DNA of 64,000 bases, taken from assembly GCF_963921235.1 (NCBI RefSeq), contig NC_086097.1, forward strand, positions 237,462,001 through 237,526,000, given 5' to 3'. The notes under the pieces are model-generated. The model was not told where the DNA came from. It worked only from the letters and a program-made list of their open reading frames with translations, and did no database searches. The DNA comes from Mobula hypostoma (lineage: Eukaryota). The stretch's first letter is position 1; the number at the start of each line of letters is the position of its first letter. The translations under genes and the position numbers were made by a program. This document shows, in pieces, positions 39,471 through 53,924 of this stretch.

Positions 39471-42429
39471 ATCCTCAACTTTCTCCCAAAACGCATATTG
39501 TTTTTATCACTGATGCTCTGTGTACCACCTCCCCCGGCTAAAAAAGAATGTGTAATAAATGCTGGCATTTTTACCTATATGTCAGATCAATTAATTTAAA
39601 AAATACTATTCAAAATACTGCATTATTCTTCGACAAAAGAGTACAACCAAATATGTTTCTGAATAGGAAATTGTTTTGCAAAATGCTCACAGTGATAACG
39701 GTTCTGTGACAGTTACAATTTATTCCAAGATAAAAGCAGGGTGAAGTTGTTGACACTTCAATAATACCAAAATGATCTTGAGATTCAAATTAGAAAATCT
39801 CTTTGATGGATGATTCACAATCAACATTACTGAGTTTTTTCTATGAACTGTAAATAATTGAGTAAATCTGTGACTTCACTGGTAATCTCCTTGTCAAGAT
39901 TAATCAACTAAACAATAATACCTAATTGAAATTATGCATATGCTGTATGCATTGTAGTATATTGCTGATTCCCTGCTTTAGCATTTGAAAAAGGCGTGAA
40001 CTGGAATAATTGTCTAACTACAATACCCAAATCCACATTGTGAAAATATCCCATAATCAAAGAATGGAAGTCTAAATTACGAGGCAGAAAAAATAGCAAC
40101 ATAAGTACTGGAGGAACTCAGCAGGCCAGGCGGTATCTGTGGAAAAGATACCTGCTGAGTTCCACCGGCATTTTGTGTGTGTTGCTTTGGATTTCCTGCA
40201 TCTGCGGATTTTTTCGTGTTTACGAAAGAGTATCGGCTAGTTTGCAAAGTGTGCACAGAGTGTTGCAAAGAACTTAGCGAGCACAAGAGGGGTAGAGATA
40301 GGGAAATTGCAAACAGGCTTTTTCCACTGAGGTTGGGTGGGATGACAACTAGAGGTCATGGGTTACGAGTGAAAAGTGAAATGTTTAAGGGTAAACTTTT
40401 TCACTTAGAGGGTCATGAGAGTGTGGGATAAACTGCCAGTGCAAGTGGTGCATGTAAGCTCGATTTCAAAGTTTAGGAGAAGTTCGGATTGATACACAGA
40501 TAGTAGATGTATGGAAGATGTATGGCTGATGGGAGGAGGCAGTTTAAATGATTCAGCAGGGACTAAGTGGGCCAAAAGGCCTTTTTCTGTGCTGTACTTT
40601 TCAATGAGTTTATGACTAAGAGATTCTGCTGATACTCGAAATCCTGAGCAATACACCCATAATGCTGGAGGAAGTCAACAGGTCAAGGCAGCATCTATGG
40701 AGGGAAGTAAACAGATAATGTTTTGTGTCAAGATTTGGCATGAGTTGGTAAAGAATATATATTGGTCCAATATAATTTCTGTGTCTGGACTGTGCAATGA
40801 ATGTGTGGAAATACATTGGAGTCAATTTTATTTTATTTGAAGATGCATCTTCTGACTCAACGAGCCACACTGCCCAGTAACCCAACTATTTAACAAAAGC
40901 CTAATCATAGGAGTTTACAATGACCAATTAACCTACTAACTGCTGTGTTTTTGGATCGTGGGAGGAAATTGGAGCACCACGAGGAAATCTGTGAAGTCGT
41001 GGGGAGAACGTATGAGTTCCTTACAGGCAGTGCCAGGATTGAATTCCGAAACATCCCGAGCTATAATAGCAACACGCAAACATATTGTGGCTGCTTCTGA
41101 CCCTGGCTCAGCCTCTGAAGTCACAGTGAATTGAGGGTATCCTGGAGTTCAGATCTGAAGAGCTAAAGTTTAGCTTCTTAACTTTATGTCAGGTAACAAT
41201 AATTAAACAGATATTTAGCTATTTTTAAAAATGTATTTTAATTAATATTTATATTTTAATTAAATAACAGAAGTTTAATATGTTTCAAAATTTACTGTTT
41301 TTAATATATTTAATAAGTATTGATATTTTTCCATCCAACAGGGGTGTCTATTTCATCTGATTTTTGCTAGTACTTAAAGACAGTGAAGATGTCTTCTGAT
41401 TTTAATTGGTCTATGAGCAAGGTTTCATGTAGGTTCACTCACAGCTCAGGACCGTCTCCACTTTGCAGATTTGCCTCAGTGCCAAGAAACTGAGGTCCTC
41501 AGTTCCAATACAGATACAAAAGATTAGTATTCCGTGGTGCCAGAACAGGTGTGAGAAATGAGCCAGGTCCAGCCCAATTTAGGCAAAATAAAGATAAAAT
41601 ATTGCAAAAGAATGGATTTTATATTTCAAATATTTCCTGAATATTTGCTGTGAAGCATTAATTCAATGCAGAAAGTGGACACCCATGTTTATGGAGCGTC
41701 TTAGAAGTGTTTTGATGGCAATCTCAAACACGGAACGAAAAAGAATTGATGGTACTGTATACTACTTTAATGAAGCAAATATTTAATGAAGTTACTGTTC
41801 TTTACAGAAATTATAATATTAAAAAATAGCAGCAGAAGTAGTCTCCTCTGCCAGTCGTTAAGATCATGGGTGATTCTGAAGGATCTTGGCCTGTATCATC
41901 GAATCTTTACTCCTTTCCTTAGATGCTACCTGACCTGCTGAGTTCCTCCAGCATTTGAGTGTGTTACTCTGGATTTCCAGCATCTGCAGAATCACTTGTG
42001 TTTATGATACTGTGATTTGACCACTTTATATTCAATCACCAGAATGTCAGACAGCTCTATTGTGTCTGAAATATATTCATCAGTCTCAAATTGAATCAGT
42101 AACTCTGTATTGAAAGTCCTCTAGGATGGAGAATTTCAAAGATTCGTAACATATTTCACAAAACAAAATCTTTACATCTTTAAATTTTGAATTGATTGTC
42201 TGACTCCCTGCCTTGAAATTGCTCCCGTCTCTGCACTATTCGATTAGAGCTGTAATTCAATCAGGTGACAATGAAGACTTCAGAACATATAATACAAGGT
42301 TTAAATTAATCAGTTTTAATTAATCTGAAAGAAAATACTCTATACCTCAGACTGTAATGGAACTGGGAGAACCAAAGACACCCAAAGGATTAATAGACCT
42401 TGATCTCCCCAACATTTTTTGTGCAGATA

Positions 42430-43500
42430 TACCTCTGACAATGCTAAGGGCCTTGCATGCACAGTGCTCCTGATGGGTGGAAGGAAGACTTCATTGATCC
42501 TCTCAATAGTTCTCACTATCCTTTGTTGGGACTTCAGCCAGATGCCTTGCAATTCTGGTAACAGATGGTAATGTAGCTGGTCAGGAGACCAGCTATAGAT
42601 GCTGCTATAAAAATTGTTTAGAATGGCGGTGGGGGGAGCTTTGTTCACCTCATTTGCCACAGGAAGTGGGGATGCTACTGTTCTTTCATGACTAAAGAGG
42701 TTGTGCTGAGACACCAGGTGAATTTGTCCATTATGTGCACTCCAAGAAAAGTGGTGCTCCTAACTCTTTCCGTGGAGCAGCCAGTTACGCGCAGCGAGGA
42801 GTAGTCAGCCTGCACCTTCCTGAAGTCCACAGTCAGCTCTTTGGTCTTGTCCACATTAAGACTCAAATTGTTGCGCTCTCACCATTCTGCAGCCACTCTA
42901 CCTCCTCTCCGTACGCCGCCCTGTCACCGTGGCTGACGAGTAAAACACTGTGGTGTCAGCAGTGAATTTGATGATTCGGCAGTGCAGTCATGCAGCAGTG
43001 TGAACAACAGTGAGCTGAGCAAGCAGTCGGTGCTCAGTGTGATGGAGCTGGAGATGCTGCTGCCAACATGGACTGACTGTGGTCTTTCTGTCAAGAAGTC
43101 CACGGTCCAGTTACAGAGAGAGGTGTGGTATGAGACACAACAAGGACAGTTCACCCACATACTTGTGAGGGTGATCATATTAGATGCTGAGCTGAAGTTG
43201 ATTGCCAGCACCCTGGTGAATCAGGAACGATTTTCCAGGTGGGACAGGACAGAATGAAGTTCAGAGGCTATGGCATGATCACAGGATCAATTTGAGCGAT
43301 AAGTGAACTGGAAAAGGTCCAAAGTAATGGGAAGATGGGATTTAATGCAATCCAGAAGCAGATGCTCAAAGCAATTCATGATTGTTGCAGTCAGTGCCAC
43401 CTTGCAGTAATCGTTTGGGCCAGTTACCATCACTCTCTTGGGCACTGAAATGTTGAAGATGTCTGTTAGAACCTCCGCAAAATGAGGTAAACAATCCCTC
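42430..43500 (-). mobile_element. Degraded Rex1/L2-type LINE
   Basis: NDYC.VALT..IMNCFE, LDLFQFTYRSN, NFSSA.N, LCNW..DFLTERPQ, LNVDKTKEL.VDFRK. Confidence 0.82.
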
Positions 43501-43933
43501 AGCACCCTCATGATTGTCTCATAATCTCTCATTACCTCATACATCTCCCATAATCTTGTTGTGCATATAAGATTCAGTTGAAAACCTTCAAGTGTGCAAC
43601 TAGTACAAAAGAAAGCCTCACAATTTAGCAATTAAGTTTCCGATAAACTATTTCTGAATTCAACAGACATCTTGTACAAAGTTTCAACTTCACTCTGTGC
43701 TTCTAACATATTGGAAGGCACCACTACCTTGTCGGATAAAGTAGATTCAGTAAACATCTTTTTACTCTACGGCATTGTGTAGAAGTCCTAGGCACTTATA
43801 TAGGTAGGGTGCCTAAAGCTTTTGCACAGTACTGTAGTAATTCTATATATTGCACTGTACTGCAGCCACATACAAAAAAAAATCATGACATATGTGAGTG
43901 ATGATAAACCTGATTCTGATGTGGGTCTCTATT

Positions 43934-44366
43934 AGAAACATAGAAACATAGAAAATAGGTGCAGGAGTAGGCCATTTGGCCCTTCGAGCCTGCACCGCCA
44001 TTTATTATGATCATGGCTGATCATCCAACTCAGAACCCTGCACCAGCCTTCCCTCCATACCCCCTGATCCCCGTAGCCACAAGGGCCATATCTAACTCCC
44101 TCTTAAACATAGCCAATGAACTGGCCTCAACAGTTTGCTGTGGCAGAGAATTCCACAGATTCACCACTCTCTGTGTGAAGAAGTTTTTCCTAATCTCGGT
44201 CCTAAAAGGCTTCCCCTCTATCCTCAAACTGTGACCCCTCGTTCTGGACTTCCCCAACATCGGGAACAATCTTCCTGCATCTAGTCTGTCCAATCCCTTT
44301 AGGATCTTATACGTTTCAATCAGATCCCCCCTCAATCTTCTAAATTCCAACGAGTACAAGCCCAGT
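43934..44366 (-). mobile_element. Young CR1 3' fragment
   Basis: Near-identical to 47913-48350; short TSD tctatt (43928-43933, 44367-44372). Confidence 0.92.
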
Positions 44367-44970
44367 TCTATTGCGGACTGAAAGTGGGAAAGGAGCAGGC
44401 AGAGGGGAATCATGATTGGGAAAAGGGGAAGGGAGAGGGGAGGGAGCGGGAAGCACCAGAGAGACATTCTGCAAAGATCAATAAACCAATTCTTTGGAAT
44501 CAAACGACCTTGCATGGTGTCTCAGGGCAGGGTGTTTCTGGACACTCCTCACCCCCACCCTGCCTCTGGCACTCCTTCTCTGCCACCTGTCTCACACCCC
44601 TCCCATGGTGCTCTACCCTCGCCATTCCCAACATCCTTTGCACCTGCCAGACTGACAGATTCACTCTCTGCTCCACGTTGATAAATACAGTACTATGCCA
44701 AAGTCTTAGAGCACCCTAGTACAGTACATTGTGTAACCATGAGCCAATGAGAATTGCACTCTTCACTTTACTCCTGAAGCAGGTGAATAGAGAACACTGT
44801 GTCTGGAGAAGGGCTGTTGGTGTGATCCAGTCAGCTACTAAGAGAGACACCTCTACAAAGGCCACCAAGGTCACCAGTCAAGAGTAAAACAGGAAGCGAA
44901 TACCACCACTGGCCAAACCCTGAGAAGGACACCGAGAACATTTGAGGTATATGTAGCTCACTGACCTAAG

Positions 44971-45126
44971 GAAACATAGAAACATAGAAAATAGATGCAG
45001 GAGTAGGCCATTCGGCCCTTCGAGCCTGCACCGCCATTCAGTATGATCATGGCTGATCATCCAACTTAGAACCCTGTACCAGCCTTCCCTCCATACCCGC
45101 TGATCCTTTTAGCCACAAGGGCCACA
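44971..45126 (-). mobile_element. Very short young CR1 3' tail
   Basis: gaaacatagaaacatagaaaata..tgcaggagtaggccattcggcccttcgagcc. Confidence 0.85.
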
Positions 45127-46809
45127 ATGTTATCAATAAGATTGTAAGAATGTTCAACGATGTTGCTTGAGGACAGGAGTTGTGGGGAAAGGTTGAATTG
45201 GTTAGGACTTTATTCCCTGGAGTGTAGGAGAATGGGTATATTTGATAGTTACATAAAATTAAGAGGGTACAGATAGGGTCAATGCAAACAGTCTTTTCCC
45301 CCTGAGGTTAGGTGAGATTTTATACTTTATACTTCATTGTCACCAAACAATTGATACTAGAACGTACAATCATCACAGCGATATTTGATTCTGCGCTCCA
45401 AGCTCCCTGGAGTACAAATCGATAGCAAATATTAAAAAAATTTAAAAAAAATAATTTGAACTATAGGCCATGGGCTAAGGGTGAAGGGTGAAATTTTAAG
45501 GGGAACTTTTTCATTCAGAAGGTGGTAAGAGTGTGGAATGAGCTGCCCGTGGGTTTTATTTCAACATTTAAGAGAAGTTTGGATGTACACATGGATTCTG
45601 GGGTATCAAGGGCAATGATCCAAATGCAGGTCAAACTGCAAACAAATGTGCACTGAAACTGAAACAAAGGCATGTGGACTGTAATTTTTAGGTGACAGAA
45701 AATCAGCCCCATTATTTCTGGTCTGACCAATTAAGATGAGTGGACATGATGACCATGTGCTCAACCTGAATGAAACGTTCAAGAATTAGATTTGGTGAAT
45801 TCTGAAGTTAACTCTACAATGTTGAGAGAAATGGAAAGTGGACTAGAAACATGCTAACACTGTCTAAGCGATAAAAACGTTTTGAATATAAAAAGATCCC
45901 TTAAGGGCATAAACCTTTCCTTCAGTAAGAGAAAATAACCTGCCTGAAATTCTAAGAAAGCACATCTCGTGTCATAAGGGGCGACCACCCTTATCCCCTA
46001 CTCCCAGATTTATAACCACAGGCCATTTAATGAAACAAGTTTATGAAAGGTTAAGTACAGAGGCAAATTCACCCACAGCCTCATGTGTCTATAACTTCAC
46101 AACCCTCGATGTTCTTCCTGTAGCACCCTCTATGACCACACCCCAAAGTGCATTCTGAGCATTTATCACTCTATGTTAAAAAAACACATCTCTGATACTC
46201 CCTAAACTTTCCATTACTCACCTTCAATGGATGTTCTCTGGTATTAGCCATTGCTGTACTGAAATAGGTGCTGGCTATCCATTCTATCTACACATCTCAT
46301 CATCTTATACCGCTCCATCAAGTCAGCTCTTATTCTCTACCATTTGACCTAGTTCACTCAACTCTTCCTCATAAGTCTTGCTCCCTAATCACACAGTGTC
46401 CTGGTAAATCTCTGCACCCTCTCTAAAGCTTTCATGTCCTTCTTATAATGAGGTGATCAGAACTGAACACAATGCTGTAATTGTGGTCTAATCAAAGTTT
46501 CACAGAGCTGTAACATTACCTCATGGCTCTTGAGCTCAATCTCCTAACTAATGAAGGCCAGCACACCATATGCCTTCTGAACCATATGTCAACTTGTGCA
46601 GCAACTTTGAGCAATCTTTGGACTTGCATCCCATGATCCTTCTGTTTCTTGAAGATTCTTGCCATTGACCTTGTACTCTGCCTTCGTTCGATCTTCTAAA
46701 GAACATCACCTCACACTTTTCTAGATTTTGCTCCATAAACTCCATAAATTAATTCCATGAACACCAGTAATGAATTGCTCAAACCTGCACCATAGTTCAG
46801 CAAGGCTAG

Positions 46810-47497
46810 TGTAGCCCCCCAGGCAAGCCTCAGGGTCACTCAACTCACTGTCGTTTAGGGAAACAGCCCTCGGCTCCGCCAAACTGGGTAATTAAGTTTG
46901 TGTGGATGCTGTGTGATGTACCCCACCCCGCCAAATAACAGACAATACACCATATATGATTAAATGAATTACAGTTCATAGATATTACTGGAACTATATA
47001 ATTAATAGAAATAAAATATAAAAGGAAAATAAAAGGCGCTACATTTATCAATGTATAATCTCTTCATGCACAACCGTTGGAGCTCTAGTATCAATCCTCT
47101 CTTCACCATTCGATCCCCTCTGACCACCTCGACCTGCCGCCTGGGACCAACCACGCTGGTCGACCAGATGCTCCACAGGAGTCTGTCTCCGTCTCCTCTC
47201 CTCGCCGAAGACCCTGGACCTCGGACTCCTGCTCGGGGTCCGAGCCCATTAACAAGTTCACAGCACCTTGTCCATTCTCTTGCTGTCCATCGCGCCTTCT
47301 CCCCAAAAACCCGCACATCACAATAACTTACAGACACACTAGAAAGAATAACATCTATCCCAATTGGTTCGTTCGCTCTCTTATCAATAACATAATCCAA
47401 ACAAGCTGCTAGCGGGAGAAATTGCTTAGCAGTTAACATAACAAAGAAGCCATTTTCATTAGCCTACGCAGTAACATGAAAGAAGAAACCCCTTACA
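46810..47497 (-). mobile_element. Solo LTR (688 bp) with 4-bp TSD
   Basis: TGTAG...TTACA ends; TSD ctag at 46806-46809 and 47498-47501. A 4-bp TSD fits Gypsy/Ty3 or ERV-type integrases. Strand is given relative to the 30197 copy. Confidence 0.88.
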
Positions 47498-47912
47498 CTA
47501 GAAATAGCAAACCATCTCCAAATGTTTATTAATAAAAAGATGGAAGTGTAATGTATGAAAGTTATGCTCAACCTGTTGTTGAACATTAACTAAATCATAT
47601 TGTGTACAGTGATGGCCGCAGTATTCTTATAGAAATGTCCAGACAGAGATGATTTAGATGACTGACACCAGAAATAAGAGGGCATATATCAGAAACTAAT
47701 GAATAGGCTTGATCTTTTTCCTTGAGAAATGTTTGAAGCAATGACCTAATGAAGGTCTTTAGCATTATAAAGAATTCTGATCGATTCTGGCTGCCACTAG
47801 TCTTCAAGAAATCCAGCACAGAATTCAGAAGAAACTTCCTTACTCAATAATGGGTGAAAATGCAGAATTTTCTCCCAAAGGACTCACTTTCAAGGACTGT
47901 TCATCTCATGTT

Positions 47913-49076
47913 AACATAGAAACATAGAAACATAGAAAATAGGTGCAGGAGTAGGCCATTCGGCCCTTCGAGCCTGCACCGCCATTTATTATGATCATGG
48001 CTGATCATCCAACTCAGAACCCTGCCCCAGCCTTCCCTCCATACCCCCTGACCCCTGTAGCCACAAGGGCCATATCTAACTCCCTCTTAAACATAGCCAA
48101 TGAACTGGCCTCAACAGTTTGCTGTGGCAGAGAATTCCACAGATTCACCACTCTCTGTGTGAAGAAGTTTTTCCTAATCTCGGTCCTAAAAGGCTTCCCC
48201 TCTATCCTCAAACTGTGACCCCTCGTTCTGGACTTCCCCAACATCGGGAACAATCTTCCTGCATCTAGCCTGTCCAATCCCTTTAGGATCTTATACGTTT
48301 CAATCAGATCCCCCCTCAATCTTCTAAATTCCAACGAGTACAAGCCCAGTTCATCCAGTCTTTCTTCATATGAAAGTCCTGCCATCCTAGGAATCAATCT
48401 AGTGAACCTTCTTTGTACTCCCTCTATGGCAAAGATGTCTTTCCTCAGATTAGGGGACCAAAACTGCACACAATACTCCAGGTGTGGTCTCACCAAGGCC
48501 TTGTACAACTGCAGTAGTACCTCCCTGCTCCTGTACTCGAATCCTCTCACTATAAATGCCAGCATACCATTCGCCTTTTTCACCGCCTGCTGTACCTGCA
48601 TGCCCACTTTCAATGACTGGTGTATAATGACACCCAGGTCTCGTTGCACCTCCCCTTTTCCTAATCGGCCACCATTCAGATAATAATCTGTTTTCCTATT
48701 TTTGCCACCAAAGTGGATAACTTCACATTTATCCACATTAAATTGCATCTGCCATGAGTTTGCCCACTCACCCAACCTATCCAAGTCACCCTGCATCCTC
48801 TTAGCATTCTCCTCACTGCTAACACTGCCGCCAAGCTTCGTGTCATCCGCAAACTTGGAGATGCTGCATTTAATTCCCTCATCCAAGTCATTAATATATA
48901 TTGTAAACAACTGGGGTCCCAGCACTGAGCCTTGCGGTACCCCACTAGTCACTGCCCCCCATTCTGAAAAGGTCCCGTTTATTCCCACTCTTTGCTTCCT
49001 GTCTGCTAACCAATTCTCCACCCACACCAATACCTTACCCCCAATACCGTGTGCTTTAAGTTTGCACACTAATCTC
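47913..49076 (-). mobile_element. Young CR1 LINE, 5'-truncated, open RT C-terminal ORF (351 aa)
   Basis: SGVPQGSVLGP and KFADDTKL; no stops; (agaaacat)n tail. Confidence 0.95.
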
Positions 49077-50219
49077 TATATTGCTTAGTTATTAATTATT
49101 ATTATTTCTTTCTTTTTGTATTTGCACAGTTTGTTGTCTTTTGCACACTGGTCGAACACACAAGTCGGTGTGGTCTTTCGTTGAGTCTGTTCTGGCTATA
49201 ATCTGTAGATTTATTGAGTATGCCTGCAAGAAAATGTATCTCAGGGTTGTATAGACTGACATAGATGTACTTTGATAATAAATTTACTTTAAACATTGAA
49301 CTTTGAACAGAACTGTTTGTAAGGAGAGGCTAAGTATGTGCAGGAAGAAAAAGGGAATAAGGGTTTATACTGATAGGTTTAGATGAGGATTAACTGGATG
49401 AAGCTCGATGGGAAGCAAAACAAAAAGCCTGTTTCACCATTATACATTGAAAGAAATCTTCGCCAATGCTTTTGGGTTTTGTTGATGATGACAATGAAAA
49501 ACATCCTGTGATCATGTGAAATTGCTTAACTATCTTTAACATCTGTCTCATTTCCACTTGCGCCTTGACTGAGAGAACAGATATTAAATTGAGGAAGTGG
49601 CATTTCTTTAATATTGTCTAATCTGAATTCAGTCCATCCCTAATTCAGGTAACAAGTTATCAAACCAGGTTTCATGTCTTAGAAAATTAGGATTCATCTC
49701 TTCACCTCTGCTGGTTAATATTAGTTTATTTTGGAATAAAGGTAGGATTCCTGCTTCTGAATCAACTCAGTAAATTGAAAGGAGGAGGATGAGAGGTGAA
49801 TTGATAAAGGTGTACGAGATGATAAGAGGCTTAGATTGAGCAGACAACCAGAGACTTTTTCTTAGGTCAGTAATGTCTAATACAAGTGAACATAATTTTA
49901 AGGTGATTGTAGGAAGGTATAGAGCGGATATCAAAGTAAGTATTTTTCACAGAGGGCCTGTGCAACGTCCTGTCAGATGTGGTAATTTTAGCTTCAGCCT
50001 GAAATTATGATCCTATCTTGGACTCTCGCCAAAGTTGTTGCTGAAATCAGTCTCGAGACCAACCAGGATACGTTCCAAATCTCAGGCTTGTAATAAAGCA
50101 TCCTATAACTCTGAAGATAGATCTCCCCCTCCCCCCACCTCACCTTAAACAAGATCATTTATCAGTGAAGGTGAGAGTGAAACCTCCCAAGGTTGCCAGT
50201 TCACTGGTGTCAAAGTCCA

Positions 50220-50872
50220 TCAGACCATAAGATATAGGAACAGAATTAGGCCATTCAGCCCATCAAGTTTGCTCCACCATTCCATCATGGCTAAAGAATC
50301 ATGGAAAAAGAATTTCAGGATGTATATTATATACATTTTTCTGACGTTAAATGTACCTATTGAAACCTAATTTATTATTTCTTCTAATCCCATTCTCCTG
50401 CCTTCTCCCCATTACTTTTGACCCCCTTACTAATCAGCACCCTTTGGCCAAAGAAATTCATCTTCACCTCTGTTCCAAAAGCACATCCTTGTACTCTGAG
50501 GCTGTGCTCTCTGGTCTTGGACTCCCCCACTATGGGAAATATCCTCCCCACATCCACTCTATCTAGGCCTATTAATATTCAATGGGTTTCAATGGAATCC
50601 CCCTCCTTCTTCTAAACTCCAATGAGTACAGGCACAGAACCATCAAATGATCCTCATACATTAACCCTTTCATTCCCGGGATCATTCCTGTGAACCTCTA
50701 CTGGACCCTCTCCAATGTCAGCACATCCTTTCTTAGAAAAGGGGCCCACAATATTGCAAGTGTGGTCTAACCAATACCTTACAAAGTCTCAGCTTTACAT
50801 TACACTAGTCCTCTGAAAGTGAATACTGACATTGCATTTGCTTTTTTTTTGCCGACTCAAGCTGCAAGTTAA
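50220..50872 (-). mobile_element. Degraded CR1 3' portion
   Basis: ccataagatatagga.cagaattaggccattcagccc tail and downstream CR1 remnants; similar to 62190-62748. Confidence 0.75.
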
Positions 50873-52766
50873 CCGGTACGTTTCAGAAGGATGAAGTCTA
50901 CAGATGAGTGAGGCTTGGGCTTCTGTTGCGATGTCCGCTGGGCATCAAGACTTGAGAGAAAATTTAACTTGTGAAAAGCATTTCCAACTTTGGAAGTGAA
51001 GGAGCCAGAGTCTGTTCCTTTTTGAGATAGCCCCAGACCGGCAGCAACTTTTTGAGTTTCATGAACATCAGTGAAGGATCATTCCTGAAATGTCTTCACG
51101 AGTCTGTGAACATCATTAGTGTGGTTCAGCGAGAGAGAAAACATCACAGCGGTTGATGTGCCCAGGATTTTCTTGCCAATTGTCTCCAGATTTATTTTTT
51201 AATGATGCAGAAGTCCATAAGTGAACAGTTTTGATATGATTCCTCATATTAAAAAAATGCAAACTTAGAAAAGGAGACTGAAGCCCCTGACATTGTGGTT
51301 ATTAAATTTAACACTGGGGGCACATGCACAGCGAAGGAATAATAGCATCATCACATTCTTTCAACTCACAAAGTCTGTAGCCTGTGGCATTGGAAAACTG
51401 CCTATTCCCACTCTGAATTACCAAGGTTTGCTTTATAAACAGTTCTGAAAACTGTGACTGAAGCTCTGCCAAGAAAGTGAGTGGCAAAGCTGATGGGAAA
51501 TACAGACCACCATGATTTGACAGGCGGACCAGACAAGAAGCACTTAGCAAGAATCTCTGCAGCCATTATATGATTGAAATTTAAAGCATCATCACAAAAC
51601 ATTTCATGAAGAGAGTGTCTGACTCTCAGATAACTTGAAAGCTTAATTCAGAGAAAGTGGAGGTAGATGAATGCCAAAAGGGTGATATGACACTAGAAAA
51701 GGATTCAGTGAACAGGCCTGGTATGGCTCACGCAAACATTAATAATAATTGGGGAAAACCTTTATCCCTGCTGTGACACAATGTGGACATCAGATTCAAG
51801 GCACGAACAGTACCTTTCTTAGTGATGCACTTAGGGTGCTTGTCATGCTGTGGCCTTCACCGATGTGCCTTGCAATTGCTGCTGTGACCCTTGACTCTGG
51901 ACTCAGCACAAGGCCCAAACCAGTCTCATCATCTGACCAGCAGTAAGAGGATGGGTAGAGGCACAGAGCAGCTAATTAACCTCAGCGAATTGTGAAGAAC
52001 CCAGGCTCAGGCTCTGCGCAAAGTAACGAATCAAGGTCACTGCCTGCCCACCAGGAATGTCCGATAAGTCAGAATTTACCACACATCGAATCTTGGTTCC
52101 GTCCACCCAATGCAGGCTACTGCCTACAAACACAATCAGCAATGAGCTGTTTTTCAAAAACCCAGCATTATGGTTTTCTGTGGACAGATTCATTTATATA
52201 TATATATTTTTAAATGATGTAATATTCTTGCCATGGTATGAAATTATCATGTCAAAAAAAAGGAATTATTGTACATTTACAAAAATGACACATGTTAACA
52301 GTGATAAATTGACAGCAACAGTAACTTTGTTCTCCTGAGTATATTTTATAGGCGTACTTGTCTTCTGATTACAGATTACAGTGGATTAATTAGGATTGGT
52401 GGTATTTCCTTCCCACTACCCTGCTCACTTGGTGAAACATATGCCCACCCCCCCCACCAAAAAAAGCTATAAGTATTAAGATTAAAGATTAGCTTTAATA
52501 GTCACATGCACACCAAAACATCAAAATATGCAGTGAAATGTATCACTTGCGTCAATGACCAGCACAGTCCAAGGATTATGGTGAGGGCAGTGCACAAATG
52601 TCGTTGCATTCTAGTACCAACATGGCATGCCCATGATGCGCTCACCCTAACTGTACACCTTTGGAATGTGGGAGAAAACACAGCACCTGGAGGAAGCCCA
52701 TATTGTCACAGGGAGAACATACATTCTCTAACTAGAGAGTGATGGGAATTGAATCCTGATAGTTGA

Positions 52767-53689
52767 CACAGGACAACAAATTTTTTTGGAAGTGTTGTTT
52801 CCTCAGAATGTTTATTTTTTGATTATGATAGACTCTTGGAGCTGAACACAAATATAATTTCAGACTAGTTGTATCATGTAGGAATTTGGAGAAACAAGCA
52901 ATTAACTTTTTTTGAATGGAATCTGTTCAGTTTCATAATGTACTGACATTTTGCAATAGTTCAACTCAGTTAAGAATGCTTTCTTGATTATTTTAATTTG
53001 TATTCCAGGAATTGATGGATTCCAGTTGCCCTGATGCCATTTCTTCATGACTGCAATGCCCTGGTAAAACCTTTCACCATGCTCATCACTGACAGCACTA
53101 AGATTGCAGGGAAGAAGTCTAAATGGGACTGCAGAAAATGAATCTTTCATGACCTGTTGCACTTCAAGGTTTTGCTTGCTTGAAGCAAGGTGACAACCAG
53201 TTGCATGCAGTTTGGTGCTCTGTAGTTGCCAAAATAATTTTCAACAACATCCTTGAATGCCTTCCATGTGATTTTCTCTGGTTCCACTAGAAGTTCTTCG
53301 AATTGCCTGTCATTGATGAACTGTTTGATTTGTGGACCAATAAAAATGCCTTCCTTCATCTTGGCACCTGTTATTCTGGGAAACATCTGTCTCAAATATC
53401 AAAATCTTTCACAGAAGTTTATAGCCTTCCTAAAACCTGTCCTGCCATGCAGCATCTACTCTGCCTAAGGATACCCCAGCATGCCTGGACTGGATAGAAA
53501 ACTTCACAACTTACGTTGTGGGCAACATTTTAATTGACCTGAATTATGAATTGGAATAACAAAAATTGGTGATTAAAATAAAACTGGTGTCTGATAGGGA
53601 AATTCCATTGCAATTTTCATGACCAGCAGCCCAAAATCCATAAGATATACCCACAGGAAGTATTCAGAAAGCTAAATCTATGTTCAGTG
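52767..53689 (-). mobile_element. Internally deleted DNA transposon, probably Chapaev-type (CMC group)
   Basis: CAC...GTG ends flanked by tga on both sides; minus-strand remnants FP....AKMKEGIFIGPQIK, WKAFKDVVENYFGNY and NLSAVSDEHGERFYQ. Confidence 0.7.
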
Positions 53690-53924
53690 TGATCTCTGGT
53701 ACTGTAAAGCATTATGGTATCTGTTATGCTACCATGCTGGGCTTGGTAGTTTTTCTTTTTCGCTGCATTTCTCACTTGTTGACGCAAAAAACCCAAAAGT
53801 CTATAAATAGTAAAATTGTATTACAGAGGGTAGAGTTTGTTAAAGCAAGAATTTTTAGTAATAGTTTTCAAACTTTTCATTGGCTGTGATTTCCAAGTGG
53901 TGGCAAATGGAAATAGATCCTTAC

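Noticed and set aside
41200..41330. Very AT-rich tract as a regulatory element
   Set aside because: Low complexity only; no specific evidence.
50875..52200. Apparently non-repetitive stretch with short ORFs
   Set aside because: No motif, splice-consistent frame or structure I can support; it needs a cross-species alignment.
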